From: Candidatus Cryosericum sp.
Lineage (GTDB): Bacteria; Caldisericota; Caldisericia; Cryosericales; Cryosericaceae
DNA: 18,846 nucleotides
Reading direction: 5' to 3'
Assembly (NCBI GenBank): GCA_049699855.1
Contig: JBNAWM010000016.1
Location: 1-18,846 of the forward strand
Positions 17,479 through 18,846 of this stretch are shown piece after piece. Under the pieces are notes generated by a model. It had not been told where the DNA came from. It saw only the letters and a list, made by a program, of their open reading frames with translations, and did not search any database. How positions within the stretch are numbered: position 1 is the stretch's first letter; each line of letters opens with the position of its first letter. The translations under genes were made by a program, and so were the position numbers.

Positions 17479-18146
17479 AACGTCTTTTTGGGATCTTTCT
17501 CAATGGACTGATTGTTGAAAATCCTCTGTTCATCATCATGATTGGTCTGTGCTCCGCCATGGCCGTCACGACGGGAGTTGCCAATGGCATCGGCATGGGA
17601 GCCGCGATGACCTTCGTGCTCGTGATGTCGGAAGTCATCATTGCGTTGTTCCGAAACCTCATCCCGGACAGCATCCGCATGCCTATCTTTCTTATCGTAA
17701 TCGCTTCCTTCACGACCATCATGGATCTCACGATGAAGGCGTACTTTCCTGCTCTGTCCAAGTCCATGGGCGTGTACATCCCGCTCGTCGTCGTCAATTG
17801 CATTATCATGGGCCGCGTCGAGGCGTACGCATCCAAGAAACCCGTGCTCGACGCCCTGTTCGACGGGCTCGGGATGGGCATCGGTTACACATGGGTGCTG
17901 ATTGCCATCTCTGCCGTTCGGGAGGTGCTGGGCAATGGAACCCTGCTTGGCTTGCAGGTGATGCCATCCTCCTTCTCTCCCATGATCTTCTTCATTCTTC
18001 CGCCTGGCGGCTTCCTGGTCTTCTCGTTCTGGATGGCTTTCAGCAACGAGCTGCGCAAGAAGATTCTGGCTGCCAGAAGGAAGCATGAGCGCGCTGGCGC
18101 TGCTGCATGTGCTCAACCTGCCAGCAGTGCAGTTGAAAAGGCCTAG
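17475..18146 (+). CDS. rnfE: Rnf complex subunit E
   Basis: ENP...GLCSAMAVT, IRMPIFLIVIA, IPLVVVNCIIMGRVEAYA, DGLGMGIG, REVLGNG, PPGGF. GTG start overlaps the rnfG stop; SD GGAGG 17464-17468. Confidence 0.96.
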   Translation: MKRLFGIFLNGLIVENPLFIIMIGLCSAMAVTTGVANGIGMGAAMTFVLVMSEVIIALFRNLIPDSIRMPIFLIVIASFTTIMDLTMKAYFPALSKSMGVYIPLVVVNCIIMGRVEAYASKKPVLDALFDGLGMGIGYTWVLIAISAVREVLGNGTLLGLQVMPSSFSPMIFFILPPGGFLVFSFWMAFSNELRKKILAARRKHERAGAAACAQPASSAVEKA

Positions 18147-18154
18147 GAGGAGAC

Positions 18155-18733
18155 ATGACGGACCTGGTCAAGATTTTCGTTGCAGCGTTCCTTATCAACA
18201 ACATCGTCCTCATGCGCTTCCTTGCCCTGTGTTCCTACATCGGCATGACGGGCAATGCAGGACAGTCGGTCGGCATGGGGCTGGCTGTCACCTTTGTCAC
18301 GGTCATAGCATCAGCTGTCACGTGGCCCATTTTCTATTGGATCCTCAAGCCCCTGGGCCTCGAATTTCTCGAGATTCTGGTCTTTATTGTCGTCATCGCG
18401 GCGCTGGTTCAGCTGGTGGAGTACTACCTAAAGAAAAGCGTCCCCACGCTCTATCGTGCCATGGGCATTTACCTGCCCCTGATTACGACCAACTGTGCCA
18501 TCCTTGCCGTGACGTTCGATCAGATCACCTACAATTACAACTTCGTACAGTCTGTCGTCTTTGCAGTCGCCGTTTCGCTGGGCTATCTGCTCGCCATGGT
18601 GCTTCTTGCAGGTGTGCGCCAGCGGCTCAGGAACTCGCCGATTCCCGCCTTCATGATGGACACGCCCATTCTGTTTGTGACCACCAGCATCATTGCGGTA
18701 GCATTCATGGGCTTTGCCGGCCTGATCAAGTGA
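18155..18733 (+). CDS. rnfA: Rnf complex subunit A
   Basis: NNIVLMRFLALCSYIG, GMGLAVTFV, IAALVQLVE, GIYLPLITTNCAIL, AFMGFAGL. SD AGGAGG. Confidence 0.97.
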   Translation: MTDLVKIFVAAFLINNIVLMRFLALCSYIGMTGNAGQSVGMGLAVTFVTVIASAVTWPIFYWILKPLGLEFLEILVFIVVIAALVQLVEYYLKKSVPTLYRAMGIYLPLITTNCAILAVTFDQITYNYNFVQSVVFAVAVSLGYLLAMVLLAGVRQRLRNSPIPAFMMDTPILFVTTSIIAVAFMGFAGLIK

Positions 18734-18740
18734 GGTCCTC

Positions 18741-18846
18741 ATGAAGATCATCCTCGAAACGACAATTATCTCGGCTGTTCTGGGTCTCTTCATCGGCATC
18801 GCCCTTGGCTTCTTCAAGGAGAAATTCGCAGTCCCCGTGGATCCCC
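18741..18846 (+). CDS. rnfB: Rnf complex subunit B, N-terminal fragment (runs off the window)
   Basis: ATG 18741 reads MKIILETTIISAVLGLFIGIALGFFKEKFAVPVDP: a TM anchor plus the KFxVxxDP motif typical of RnfB, at the expected position after rnfA. Confidence 0.85.
   Translation, partial: MKIILETTIISAVLGLFIGIALGFFKEKFAVPVDP

Noticed and set aside
18040..18146. Basic/Ala-rich C-terminal tail of RnfE with one Cys
   Set aside because: Variable C-terminal tails are common in RnfE, and a single Cys is not a metal-binding motif.
18837..18846. GGATCCCC at the window end resembling the 4887 hairpin arm
   Set aside because: It encodes V-D-P of the conserved RnfB motif; a short chance match.

Overview
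A GC-rich bacterial core-genome segment, probably from an anaerobe. No mobile element, CRISPR array or RNA gene was found. Order: ligA (5'-truncated), gatC, gatA, gatB on +; a strong GC hairpin; an aldo/keto reductase and smc on -; a back-to-back pair of sigma70-type promoters; then valS, folC, a membrane-anchored double zinc-ribbon gene and an rnfCDGEAB operon (rnfB 3'-truncated) on +. The best candidate for an undescribed system is the variant Rnf locus. Its RnfG is about 340 aa and carries two tandem FMN-binding domains, each with a candidate flavinylation Thr, joined by a Pro-rich linker. The operon is headed by a 2-TM, 4xCXXC protein that abuts rnfC (TAA|ATG) and appears to start at a non-canonical ATC codon. 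The SMC protein is also unusual: its ATPase heads are intact, but its hinge seems to have lost the conserved glycine motif. All calls come from motif recognition by eye; no database searches were run.
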